The notes below the pieces were generated by a model that did no database searches, was not told the origin of the DNA, and was given only the letters and a program-made list of their open reading frames with translations. The translations under genes were made by a program, and so were the position numbers. Positions 49,621 through 61,555 of a DNA stretch of 64,000 bases are shown here, piece by piece. How positions within the stretch are numbered: position 1 is the stretch's first letter; the number at the start of each line of letters is the position of its first letter. The stretch is from Eledone cirrhosa (lineage: Eukaryota): assembly GCA_964016885.1 (NCBI GenBank), contig OZ024747.1, positions 72,168,001 to 72,232,000 on the forward strand, given 5' to 3'.

Positions 49621-50415
49621 ATAGATATATATTGTTCTTTGTTGTTGTTGTCTATTGTTTTTGATATTTTTATTTTAATTTAATTTATTTATATTTTTGT
49701 TAGACTGTAAATAGTTTCAGTATTTGAGCTACGGCCTTGCTGGGGCAAGACTTTCAGTTGTATTTGATCTTTAAGGAAAATATGTTTAAATGAGCGATTT
49801 CTGAGAAGGAAAATAGGTGGTATGGTGGTGTTGGTTGTGGTGTTGGTGTTGGTGGTGTTGGTTGTGGTGTTGGTGGTGTTGGTTGTGGTGGTGGTGTTGG
49901 TGGTGTTGGTTGTGGTGGTGGTGTTGGTGGTGTTGGTTGTGGTGGTGGTGTTGGTGGTGTTGGTTGTGTTGGTGGTGTTGGTGTTGGTTGTGTTGGTGGT
50001 GTTGGTTGTGTTGGTGGTGTTGGTTGTGGTGGTGGTGTTGGTGGTGTTGGTTGTGGTGGTGGTGTTGGTGTTGGTGTTGGTGGTGATGGTTGTGGTTGTG
50101 GATGTTGTGTTGGTTGGGGTGGTTGTGGTGGTGTTGGTGGTAGTGGTATAGTGGTGGTGGTGTTGGTGGTGTTGTTGGTGGTGGTATAGTGGTGGTGGTG
50201 TTGGTGTTGTTGGTGGTGGTGGTATAGTGGTGTTGGTGTTGGTGGTGGTGGTGGTATAGTGGTGGTTGTGTTGGTGGTGTTGTTGGTGGTGGTGGTATAG
50301 TGGTGGTGGTATGTCGGTGGCATTGCGGTATTGGATTTTGGAGATGGTAGAGGTTGTGACGGTGGTGGTAGTGACGGTGTTAACCAAGCTGCTATATGGT
50401 GGTGGCGGTGGTGAC

Positions 50416-50883
50416 GGCGGCGGAGGAGTGGGTGTTCTCCATGCGGCGGCGGAGGAGTGGGTGTTCTCCATGCGGCGGCGGAGGAGTAGGTGTTCTCCAT
50501 GCGGCGGCGGAGGAGTGGGTGTTCTCCATGCGGCGGCGGAGGAGTGGGTGTTCTCCATGCGGCGGCGGAGGAGTGGGTGTTCTCCATGCGGCGGCGGAGG
50601 AGTAGGTGTTCTCCATGCGGCGGCGGAGGAGTGGGTGTTCTCCATGCGGCGGCGGAGGAGTGGGTGTTCTCCATGCGGCGGCGGAGGAGTGGGTGTTCTC
50701 CATGCGGCGGCGGAGGAGTGGGTGTTCTCCATGCGGCGGCGGAGGGGTGGGTGTTCTCCATGCGGCGGCGGAGGAGTGGGTGTTCTCCATGCGGCGGCGG
50801 AGGAGTGGGTGTTCTCCATGCGGCGGCGGAGGAGTGGGTGTTCTCCATGCGGCGGCGGAGGGGTGGGTGTTCTCCATGCGGCG
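50416..50883. repeat. GC-rich 29-bp minisatellite, ~16 near-identical copies
   Basis: Unit GGCGGCGGAGGAGTGGGTGTTCTCCATGC, no spacers. Confidence 0.97.
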
Positions 50884-50958
50884 TCATTATTGGTTTGCCT
50901 GAAAGTTAAACACGAAACCCTTTGATAAATAATAGAATTAATTAATGCTGCTGCTGCT

Positions 50959-51007
<49 letters not shown>

Positions 51008-51013
51008 CTACTA

Positions 51014-51174
<161 letters not shown>

Positions 51175-51976
51175 GCTGCTGCTACTACTGCTGTTGCTGT
51201 TACTACTACTACTACTACTACTGAATCACCACCACCACCACCAGAACCATCACCACCACCACCACCATCACCCCCCACCAATACCCCCCCATCACCACCA
51301 CCATCACCACCACCAATACCACCACCACCATCACCACCACCAATACAACCACCAGCACCAGCACCAGCACCACCACCATCACCACCACCATCACCACCAC
51401 CAATACCACCACCACCATCACTACCACCAATACAACCACCAGCATCACCACCACCACCAACACACCATCGTAAAAGCTTATTCTATAGTATTAGCAAGAA
51501 GATAATTATGATCATTTGTAATCAAGAAGTTTAATTAACACTGGGATGTATGAAGTAGCTGTAAATTTCAAATTAGTTTTCTAAGTTAATTGAATGTATT
51601 CATTCAAGTTAACTTAAATGAATTCCATCTGTCTCTGCTCTACCAATTATTTAATTCATTTTTAATTAATTTATTTATTTACTCAATCTGATCTACTCTA
51701 ATCAGTTACTTTCCTTCTCTTTTGCTTGAAATTTATGTTTATATTTATTTATTTATTTATTTATTTATTATAACACGCCCGCACTTAAATAATTGTATCT
51801 GTGTATATATGTATATGTATATATCTATATGTTTCTGTATATGTATATATTGTATAACACCAAATGTGTACACCAGGTACTAGACTTCACCGGACCCCCT
51901 ACGCATCGAGTGCTCACGTTGGTGAACCAACAATAACATAAGGCTATATATATATATATAAAACACACACACACAC

Positions 51977-52015
<39 letters not shown>

Positions 52016-52351
52016 ATAGTGTATAAGTGTGTGTATGTATTGTATCAATGGATTAATGGTATGTATGTATACAGATAATCATACATACATACATATTTAC
52101 ATACATATCTATTTATTCATATTAACAGTTCTTGCATTTCCAAATGGTTTGGTGGCTATAAACACCACCAATTCTTTCAGGTACGACCAGAATAAGACTT
52201 ATTTTGCTCGTTTCAGAAAGAATTGGTTCTATTCCTGGCTACTAAACCATCTGAGAATACAAAAATATGCCAAACTGTTAATAGAAATATCCTCAACTTA
52301 CTTCGTTTTACACCCTACACATATATTTTATATACATATACCCCCCCCCCC

Positions 52352-52438
<87 letters not shown>

Positions 52439-52484
52439 GCATATAAAATATATGTGTAGGGGTGTAAAACGAAGTAAGTTGAGG

Positions 52485-52518
<34 letters not shown>

Positions 52519-52618
52519 ATATATATATATATCTATATATATATATATATAGGGAGTTACCTGTTACGTTTGTAAGACCAAATTAAGTTAAGTACTCGAC
52601 ACTTGGAAAAGTAGTGTG

Positions 52619-52687
<69 letters not shown>

Positions 52688-52896
52688 GTAGATCCCGAGT
52701 GAAACAGTTCTAGTCCTGTAGAAGCCATTTCTATGTTAAATAGTGATATATATATATATATATATGTAGATAAATCTACCAAAATATACAGTAGTGTCCA
52801 ATCCGTATGAAGAACTCAATGTAATCCAAATATCATGAAAAGAGAAGATGTATTCAAACATTTTTTCGATGAAAATCACAGGAAAACAGAGTCAAG

Positions 52897-53079
52897 ATAA
52901 ATTAATAAAAACAATGACTAAAAACAAAGAAACAGTTCCTTATATTAAAAAATTCATCATTTTACGATCGTTTCTAGGATAACACACACATATATATCCT
53001 AGAAACGATCGTAAAATGATGAATTTTTTAATATAAGGAACTGTTTCTTTGTTTTTATTCATTGTTTTTATTAATTTAT
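52897..53079. repeat. Fold-back (85-bp arms) with a hammerhead 3' half
   Basis: 52897-52981 / 52995-53079; GAAA-CGATCG-TA at 53002-53013 (palindromic stem III + GUA). Confidence 0.75.
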
Positions 53080-53391
53080 ATATATATATATGAAAAAAAA
53101 AAGGTGAATGACTTTACTGGAGGTTGGTATTCTTTAATAGTTCAAATCTTTACAGTAAATCGTTATTGAAATTAGTTCTGCCAATTTCTTGCTAACTTCG
53201 GTGGAGAACTTTCTAGCATTCGGCGGCGATTGTAAAATTGGTTTATTATGGTATTTTAATTATCATCATCACCGTTTAACGTCTACCTTCCACGCTAGCA
53301 TGGGTTTAGACGGGAATTGTCCCACTTGAAGCGAGATTGGTTGTCTTGCTCGTGTAGGACTGTCTGGCAGGTTTTCTACGGCTGGATGCCC

Positions 53392-53432
<41 letters not shown>

Positions 53433-53441
53433 CAAATTTAT

Positions 53442-54219
53442 ACGGGAACAAAACAGAGAGGCAGACAAATAAAGGTTTATTAGGTTCACGCTATTGAGAG
53501 TGGGGTGGGGTGGGTGGGTGGGGGGGGGGGGGGCTATATATGTGTGTGTGTGTGTAAGTATGTTTTGAAACAGCGAGCAAGTTTGAAATTAGAAAATAGA
53601 AGCTTTCACCGTATTTTTTTACTAAAGAAATTTTAGCCTGATAGTGGGGTTTAGAACCCTCAGAGAAATGGAAAAAGATGAGTATTGGCATACATGGGAT
53701 TTTTGCACGAGCGCTCTATCTCAAAATTATTTTTGAAAAGCATAAGAAATGCGCAACCGGTAAAATTTAGAACTAAAACTGAATACTAACTAATACTTAT
53801 TACTAATTTATACTTATTCCTAATTAAACTATTTTTCACTGAGAAAAATTTGTCAGCATTTCTTTTCCTTTTTAATAATATATATATATATATTCCGACC
53901 AACAAAACGACGGATTACACACCATTGGCCATCGTTCCCACTATCAACTCCATCACATGGAAAATATCCGGCATCTGACCACACCCTCTACGGAACTACC
54001 TTAGGAACTTACCCACGGACATACACTCACAAACATTTTTTTCGAACCACGCCACGCCACCTACATCCACAATACGTATAAACACCACACACACGTGCGT
54101 ATCCCCACATATATACACACTCAGCCTCCGGAATCTCCCCCCTCTGACTCCTCCCCATCCCCACGCGCACACACACACCTTTTCCTGAACATGGAACCTC
54201 GTTCTTCCCCCAATTCTCA

Positions 54220-54293
<74 letters not shown>

Positions 54294-54656
54294 CGTACAC
54301 CTACACACATACACCACCTTCATCCCTCCCCGCTCGGACACCCCACCTCCCTCTCCCCACTCCAGCCGCCACCACCCCTACACGCCCCTCACCCTTCCAC
54401 CACTTGTTTATCTTCATGTTTATTTTTATTTTTATTTTTTTAATATTTATTTTTATTTGTATCCCTTTTTATTTGTACCCCTTCCACCCCTTCACCTTTT
54501 CTAAATGTCTCTCCTCCACTCCCCTACACACCCTTGGAACTCTCTTCCCACACACTTTTCGCCTGAAGAAGGGCTTATGCCCGAAACGTCCCCCCCCTCT
54601 CAAGAGCGTGAAACTAATAAACCTTTGTTCATACTGCCTCTCTGTTTTGTTCCCGT
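53442..54656 (+). mobile_element. Penelope-like relic with an inverted terminal copy and a hammerhead
   Basis: 53442-53505 is a diverged reverse complement of 54591-54656; hammerhead core at 54563-54590, then AATAAA; possible RT relic (IVPTINSITWKIS) near 53930-53975. Confidence 0.6.
54556..54590 (+). ncRNA. Minimal Penelope-type hammerhead ribozyme core
   Basis: CTGAAGA-A-GGGC TTAT GCCC-GAAAC-GTC: intact core, 4-bp stem II, palindromic ACGT stem III, GUC site; the stem I partner is not adjacent. Confidence 0.7.
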
Positions 54657-54729
54657 TCCATTTTTCACTATATATATATGTGTGTGTGTGTGTGTGTATA
54701 AAACATATGTATATAAATTATATTCAAAT

Positions 54730-54926
54730 AATTGTTTCTACTTTTGGCACAAGGCCAGCAATTATCAATAAAATACCAGCATTACTGGTATTTTATTTTA
54801 TCGACCCCGTAAAGATGAAAGGCAAAGTTAACCTCGGCGGGATTTGAACTCAGAATGGCAAGGGACGTAACTCTATGCGTCAAAGCATGGCGTCCGACCC
54901 TCTATCAATACTGCCAATCCACCGCC
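54730..54926 (-). mobile_element. Meta-core SINE copy
   Basis: Consensus match. Confidence 0.9.
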
Positions 54927-56361
54927 AATAATATTCCTGAATTTGTTCCAGAAAGGATTCGAAATACTGCACCGTTGTTTTTTGTTAAACTAAACTTCTG
55001 ATATCCCAGTATGTGGCATCAAACAAAAAATGGCCGCGACTTATTTCTGTCACGTGAAACCCCGAACCTGTAGAATCTCTACATAAACATATCCGTAATC
55101 CGTAGAGTTAAGTGTTTATCATAGATTTACTTCTAAAGATTATGTTTAGCTTAAAGTTAAGGTTTTGACAAATATTTCAAGTTATTTTCAATCTCATCCG
55201 CTACACACCTCTACATCCACCATTCCCAGCACTTCCACCCCCTCAGTATCTCAACCTCCACCACCACCCCTACCTCCACCACCTCATCATTCCCAGCACT
55301 TCCACCCCACCCAGTATCTCAACTTCCACTCCCCCCCAACATGAGCATCTCCCCTCACATCACCTCCACCTTCACCGTCATAATCCACCCAACACCAACG
55401 CCAACACCCTCATCATGACCACACTCCGCCATTGTCTTATCATCACCACCACCACTACTACCACAACTATCAATATTACTATGACCATTACCCCCACCCC
55501 CCCATCGCTGCCACCACCACCAACAACAGCAATAACACTATCACCAACACGAACAACAACAATAACAACAACAGCAACAACACTATCACCAACACGAACA
55601 ACAACAATAACAACAACAGCAACAACACTATCACCAACACGAACAAACACCAATAACAACAACAGCAACAACACTAACAACAACAATAACAACACTATTA
55701 TCCTCACTATCACCACCAACAAGAACACTACCACCACCACAACAACAACAACAATATGTACATTCTTAATTATGTCAGAAGAGAACACCTGCCGGATTAT
55801 AAGGAAGAGGCGTAGATAAGTTTCTGTTAATCCAACAAACGATAGAAACTAAATTGATTAAAGTCTTATGAATGTATTCATCCCACACTTACGTCCATTT
55901 TGAGATTTACTTATCTCCGATACTCTTCCACAGACACGTATACACTTAACGTAGTTCTCAGGAAGATTCAGTGTGAGACTGGATGACAAGGCTGATCCTT
56001 GGAAGCACTTATGCAGTGAATGTTATTTATTATCGAGCACTTCCCTGAGCATATCGTAGACACGTGCACCTAGAACGTAGTTCTCAGGGAGATTCAGCAT
56101 GGCACAGTGCATGTCAAAGTCATCCCTTCGTAATAATAGTACAAATCATTGTTCCCCCAACAGAATGGACTGGAGCAACATAAAATAAGGTCTCTTGCTC
56201 AACTCCACAATGGGTCGCCGGGAATGTGAATGACGAACTTCAGATCTTGAGCCGAACCCTCTAAATATAAGCCATCTACCTTCACCCTCCAACAATTCCT
56301 CAAACAATCCAGGAGTACAAGTTTGATTTTAACATTATCTATTTCAATTTCTTTATCATTT

Positions 56362-56395
<34 letters not shown>

Positions 56396-56595
56396 CTTCT
56401 TCTTCTTCTCCTCCTCCTCCTCCCCCTCCTTCTCCTTCTCCTTCTCCTCCTCCTCCTCCTCCTCCTCCTCCTCCTGGGACGGACTAATTGAATCAGCCAT
56501 CCACGTAATAATATAGTTGCTTACGTTATAGACATCCCAACCGACCTACCTACATTCCGATCGAAATGTATATATACAATCAATAAATATTAAAT

Positions 56596-56668
<73 letters not shown>

Positions 56669-56692
56669 CATTGATGTATACACACACACATG

Positions 56693-56726
<34 letters not shown>

Positions 56727-56795
56727 TATATGCATTGATGTATACGCACACGTGTATATATATATATATACACACACACACACATGTAGTATGTA

Positions 56796-56970
56796 TCATC
56801 ATCATCATCATCATCATCATCGTTTAACGTCCATCTTCCACGCTTGCATGGGTTTGGACGGGAATTTTCCCACTTGAAGCAAGATTGGTTGTCTTGCTCG
56901 TATAGGACTGTCTGGCAGGTTTTCTACGGCTGGATGCCCTTCCTAACACCAACCACGTTTACAGTGTGGA
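56796..56970 (-). mobile_element. Short RTE 3'-UTR fragment (another at 53260-53393)
   Basis: (CAT)n CGTTTAACGTCC...GGATGCCCTTCCTAACACCAACCAC. Confidence 0.88.
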
Positions 56971-56982
56971 ATATATATATAT

Positions 56983-57580
56983 ATCACTGACGAAGGACTA
57001 TTTTTATCATATGTAACCCATGTGCAACCACGCAGTATTCTTCTTTCTTCTCATGTTTTTTTTATATATATTTACCTCGGCTGCGTTTGTCTGTTTCTCT
57101 CTTACTGCTTCCCCGCTCTCTCGGTTTCTCTCACCTTCTTTAGCCCCCTCTGTCAGTTACACTTTCTCTCGACTGACCTCTTCCTCGCACTTCCACTCAC
57201 TCACTCTCTGGTTCTCCCCTTCTCACTTCCTCCCGTTTGGTTTGTGTGGGTCTCTTCTTGCTCACATCTCACACACATCGGACGGTCTGTACCTCTCTCG
57301 CTCATGAAATCCACCCAGCTTGTGCTGACCGGACAACCATGTTGCTTGTTTATTTTCCTATCTTTGGTTTGCTTTTATCCTTCTATGTTGTTCACTTGTC
57401 CCCCTCGCCTTACGCGATTTACTGGTCCCAATAACTTTTTTTAGTTATTGCTCGCACCAACCTGAGGTATCTGATTTTTAATGCAATGAAATACCAATGA
57501 TGGTTGGCAAATCACTGACGAAGGACTATTTTTATCATATGTAACCCATGTGCAACCACGCAGTATTCTTCTTTCTTCTC

Positions 57581-57649
<69 letters not shown>

Positions 57650-57740
57650 AACAAGGGAAGAGGAATACTGCGTGGTTGCACATGGGTTACATATTATAAA
57701 ATTAGTCCCTCATCAGTGATTTGCCAACCATCATTGGTAT
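56983..57740 (+). mobile_element. pLTR-like element: 528-bp-period direct repeat plus an inverted copy
   Basis: 56983-57059 = 57511-57587; inverted copy at 57645-57740; each repeat contains ATCA-CTGAYGA-RGGACT (hammerhead 5' box) but lacks a proper GAAA. Confidence 0.6.
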
Positions 57741-57772
57741 ACACACACATATATATATATACATTGATGTAT

Positions 57773-57803
<31 letters not shown>

Positions 57804-60800
57804 CATGATGTATACACACACATATATATATATATATATACATGATGTATACACACACACATATATATTCATGATGTATACACACACACATGTATATAAC
57901 ACACACATACATGTATATATATATATACACACACACACACATATATATATATATACATTGATGTACACACACGCACACATATATATATACATTGCTGTAT
58001 ACACACACACACATATATATATATACATTGATGTACACACACACACACATATATATTTACATTGATGTATACACACACATATATATATACATGATGTATA
58101 TACACACACATATATATATATACATGACGTATACACACACACACACACACATATATATACATGACGTATACACACACACATATATATATATTGATATATT
58201 TGAAAGTGGGATGTTTACGTTTCTCTCAGTAAATATTCCATTTAAAACCTAAATATTTTAACATCTGGTCGGAATTAATTCCTAATTAGTTTTCTAGAGA
58301 ATAAATACCTGAAACTAATCACCCCCTACCCAACCCCCCACATACATATATACTCTTATATATATCACTGCACTTCCACTTTCTCACTACGTGTGTGTAT
58401 GTGTGTCAGTAGCGTTTACTTAAATAGTTAAATACTGGCTTCATAGTAATGTAGTTATATATATAATACATGTATAATACACAAAATGAAACAGCAGTAC
58501 CTTCTGTAGGGGTTTAAACTCTGTATGCTCATTTCAACGGCCGATGGCCGCCGAGTTATTTAACCGGGATTTAAGTTTGATCAAATATTGTCAGTTTCGA
58601 TTAGTTTGTCAAACTTATCAAATATTAAAAATGTTTGTTTCCTTATTCTGTAGGCAGTGATAACACATGGGGATTTTCTCAGAAAATCTCTTCTTGTATA
58701 TAAGTTCTTTATGACGGTGGGGTGGTGAGAGTAGAAATTGAGTTCAACAGGTGAAGATTTAATTTATTTACTAGAAAATTCTCTTGGTTTAAATAGAAAG
58801 TTTCTTTTCTATTCAGAATAAAAGTCTACATAGTATTTTGTTAGTCTGGTGTGTATGTGTGTGTGTGTGTGTGTGTGTAATACATACATATATATATATA
58901 ATTGTTTCTACTTTTGGCACAAGGCCAGCAATTACCCAGTACATTACTGGTACTTATATATAATACATACAGTACATTAGTGTCGGATTTAGACAAAGCG
59001 AAATTCTAAGTTATATGAAGCTTGGAAAACAGTTGTTAAAAATGGCACTAACATCTCTCTCTCACTCTCTCTTTCTCCCCCCCCCTCTCTCTCTCCATCT
59101 AGTTGACAACAAATGTCCTGATTTTTATGTTGGGTGATAGACGGCTTTGGAAAAGCTCCTTAGTCTGCTCTCGAGGTTACACGATCCCCTAAAACCATTA
59201 GCGGAAGAATGGTCCATGCTACCAAGTCATCCTCGATTGCAAGTGATGGCCGTAGTTTTATATTTATCATATTTTTTTATATTGTAACCAGAGAAGAGTA
59301 TTGTTGTGGAAGGTCTCATCTCTGGGGGAAGGAAGATATTTGAACTTTAATTGTTAATTTTCCACTAGTCAAACAATATTTCCGTTAACAATGAATACAA
59401 AAATATTGCCGTCAATAAACATTTTCTCATATTTGTTCTTATTCTTTTTTATATTTTTTATTGTTTGGATTTTATATGATAATTCTATCACGCCACCTAG
59501 TTCAACACCCCCATCACCCCACCAGGACCTTGTAGCTTGGGTGTTTACCCTACTGCAAACATTTGAACTACGCCCTTGTCGCCTACGTTTCTTTTATTGA
59601 CGGAGATTCAGGTGGAGCATTCCATTGTCCGATCTCACTAGAGACTGGTCAGAGAGTAATGTCTTACACCACTCCCTTATTCTCTGACGCAGCTTCATTC
59701 TCAGGCATGATTAATCTAAATATTTTTAGAAATATATTTAGAGATATATTTCGTTTCAATTTCGTCAAGTTAATTATATTAATTTCTAATTTAGGCTCAG
59801 AGTTTGGTGAAAGGGTAAAGTTGATTAAATCACTCTCATTGCTTGTACAGGCGTGTGGCCTAGTGGTAAGGGTGCTGGACGTATGATCATATTGTCGTGG
59901 GTTCGATTCCTAGACTGTTGTGTGGCCTAGTAGTAAGGGTGTTGGACTTATGATCATAATGTCTCTTTTTTTTTTTTTTTAGCTTAGGCCTTCTTTTTAC
60001 CGAGCTATGCCAAAATATAATTTTAAAGTATTTACCCTTAAAAAGATGTTATTTAAAAATTTTCAGTGAAATATTTTTTCTACTTTCCCCTGCCTAGTCT
60101 AGTGCTTACGGTGTTGCACTCAATATCATAATGTTGTGTGTTTGATTCCTGGACTGGGTTGTGTGTTGTGTTCTTGAGCGAAACACTTCATTCCAGCAAT
60201 AACTGGGGTGTATGTGTGGGAGGGGTAGCCATATGATGGATTGGCATCCTGTCCTGGGTGGGGTTGGAGGCATCTTGTATTCTCAGTCGCTTATCGCCAT
60301 GGAAACCGGCACCGGCCTGATGAATGTCCGGACTCGAAACTGACTTTGGACCACACTGTGATTACTGGTACTTTATTTTAATCTATACCAGAAGGATGAA
60401 AAGTAAAGAGATAGAACAAATACCACAATAGCATTTTATCTGACGCTCTACCAATTCTGCCAATCCACCATCCTCGTCAAGTATATTATATCAAACTCTA
60501 AAATAATTGTTTCTTCAAAATTTGATTCCTCAACATTTTTTATTTGTTTATCACCATAGCAACCATCTTTAATCATTTTTCCCCTAAAAAATTCAGAAAG
60601 ATGTCTGACCACTTCATTATCGTCTGCACTTACAATTCCCTCTGCAACTCAAACGTTTTTGGTTGCCACATAGTTTTATAAGCCAGTCCAACACCCAGAA
60701 CATCCAGAAATTGTGTATAATCAGTTGTGGTCCTTGGTTGGGTTTGAATTCTTAGGAACAATTTTGAACTAAGAATGCAAGTCATTTCGTCTGTTAGTCT

Positions 60801-60881
60801 AATACTTTCCCTAATCTACGGCCATCGACTGATACTTTATTTTATCCAACCCGGAAGAATAACAAGTAAAGTTAAATTCGG

Positions 60882-61555
60882 TGGGTTTATGTGGAACATC
60901 TGCTGTCGCATGTGGGACGTATCCGACTATCAACAAAGTCCATTATGAAGATCACTGTCTCTCTTTAGAGCGGAAGAACAGGCAAATTTATTTGCCTTGT
61001 GACCATAGTGAAAGAAATCATGAGGAGGACACGTTTGAAAGGATGGAGACAAGCATCTTTTTCTTCGGCGAAGCCCTGATTAACTGTTTCAGGTTTCATA
61101 TGAAGAGAAAAATTGAAGTAGAGGGGAAAGTGCTGCGTTCCAACCAGTTTGTTAAAAAGTTTGAGTGAATGGTGACCATGGTCTTAGTGAATGGGTCTGC
61201 TTTGAATATGTACCTATAAATTGGAGGTCAACTGGGAGAAGGCACTTGACCGTGGCTTTTTGTGGGCTTTCTTCTTGAGTAACCCACGGAAGTCTCACTC
61301 ATCTATTGGGCAATTTTCTTTTTTTTTTTCTTAGTTGCCTTGTATTCTGTTGCCACCCTTTTTACACGAAAAAGTCGAACAGTTGCTGTCGCGTGTAGGA
61401 CCGATCCGATTATCGACTGAGTCCATTGTGCAGATGGTCTCGCCGTCTTCCTTCGAGGAGGAAGGGCAGGCGTTTTCATCTGCCTGGTGGCCATGGCGAA
61501 AGAGATTGTGTGGTGGACAAGGTTGAAAGGGTTAAAGACAGACACTTTCCTGTCT
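60882..61555 (+). pseudogene. Two diverged L1/Tx1-like ORF2 C-terminal relics in tandem
   Basis: WVYVEHLLSHVGRIRLSTKSIM...FICLVTIVKEIMRRTRLKG...GEALINCFRFHMKRKIEVE (60882-61220) and VEQLLSRVGPIRLSTESIV...FICLVAMAKEIVWWTRLKGLKTDTFLS (61373-61555). Family assignment is from recall of similar LINE C-termini. Confidence 0.55.

Noticed and set aside
50416-50883. 29-bp repeats as a CRISPR array
   Set aside because: Units are contiguous with no unique spacers, there are no cas genes, and the context is eukaryotic.
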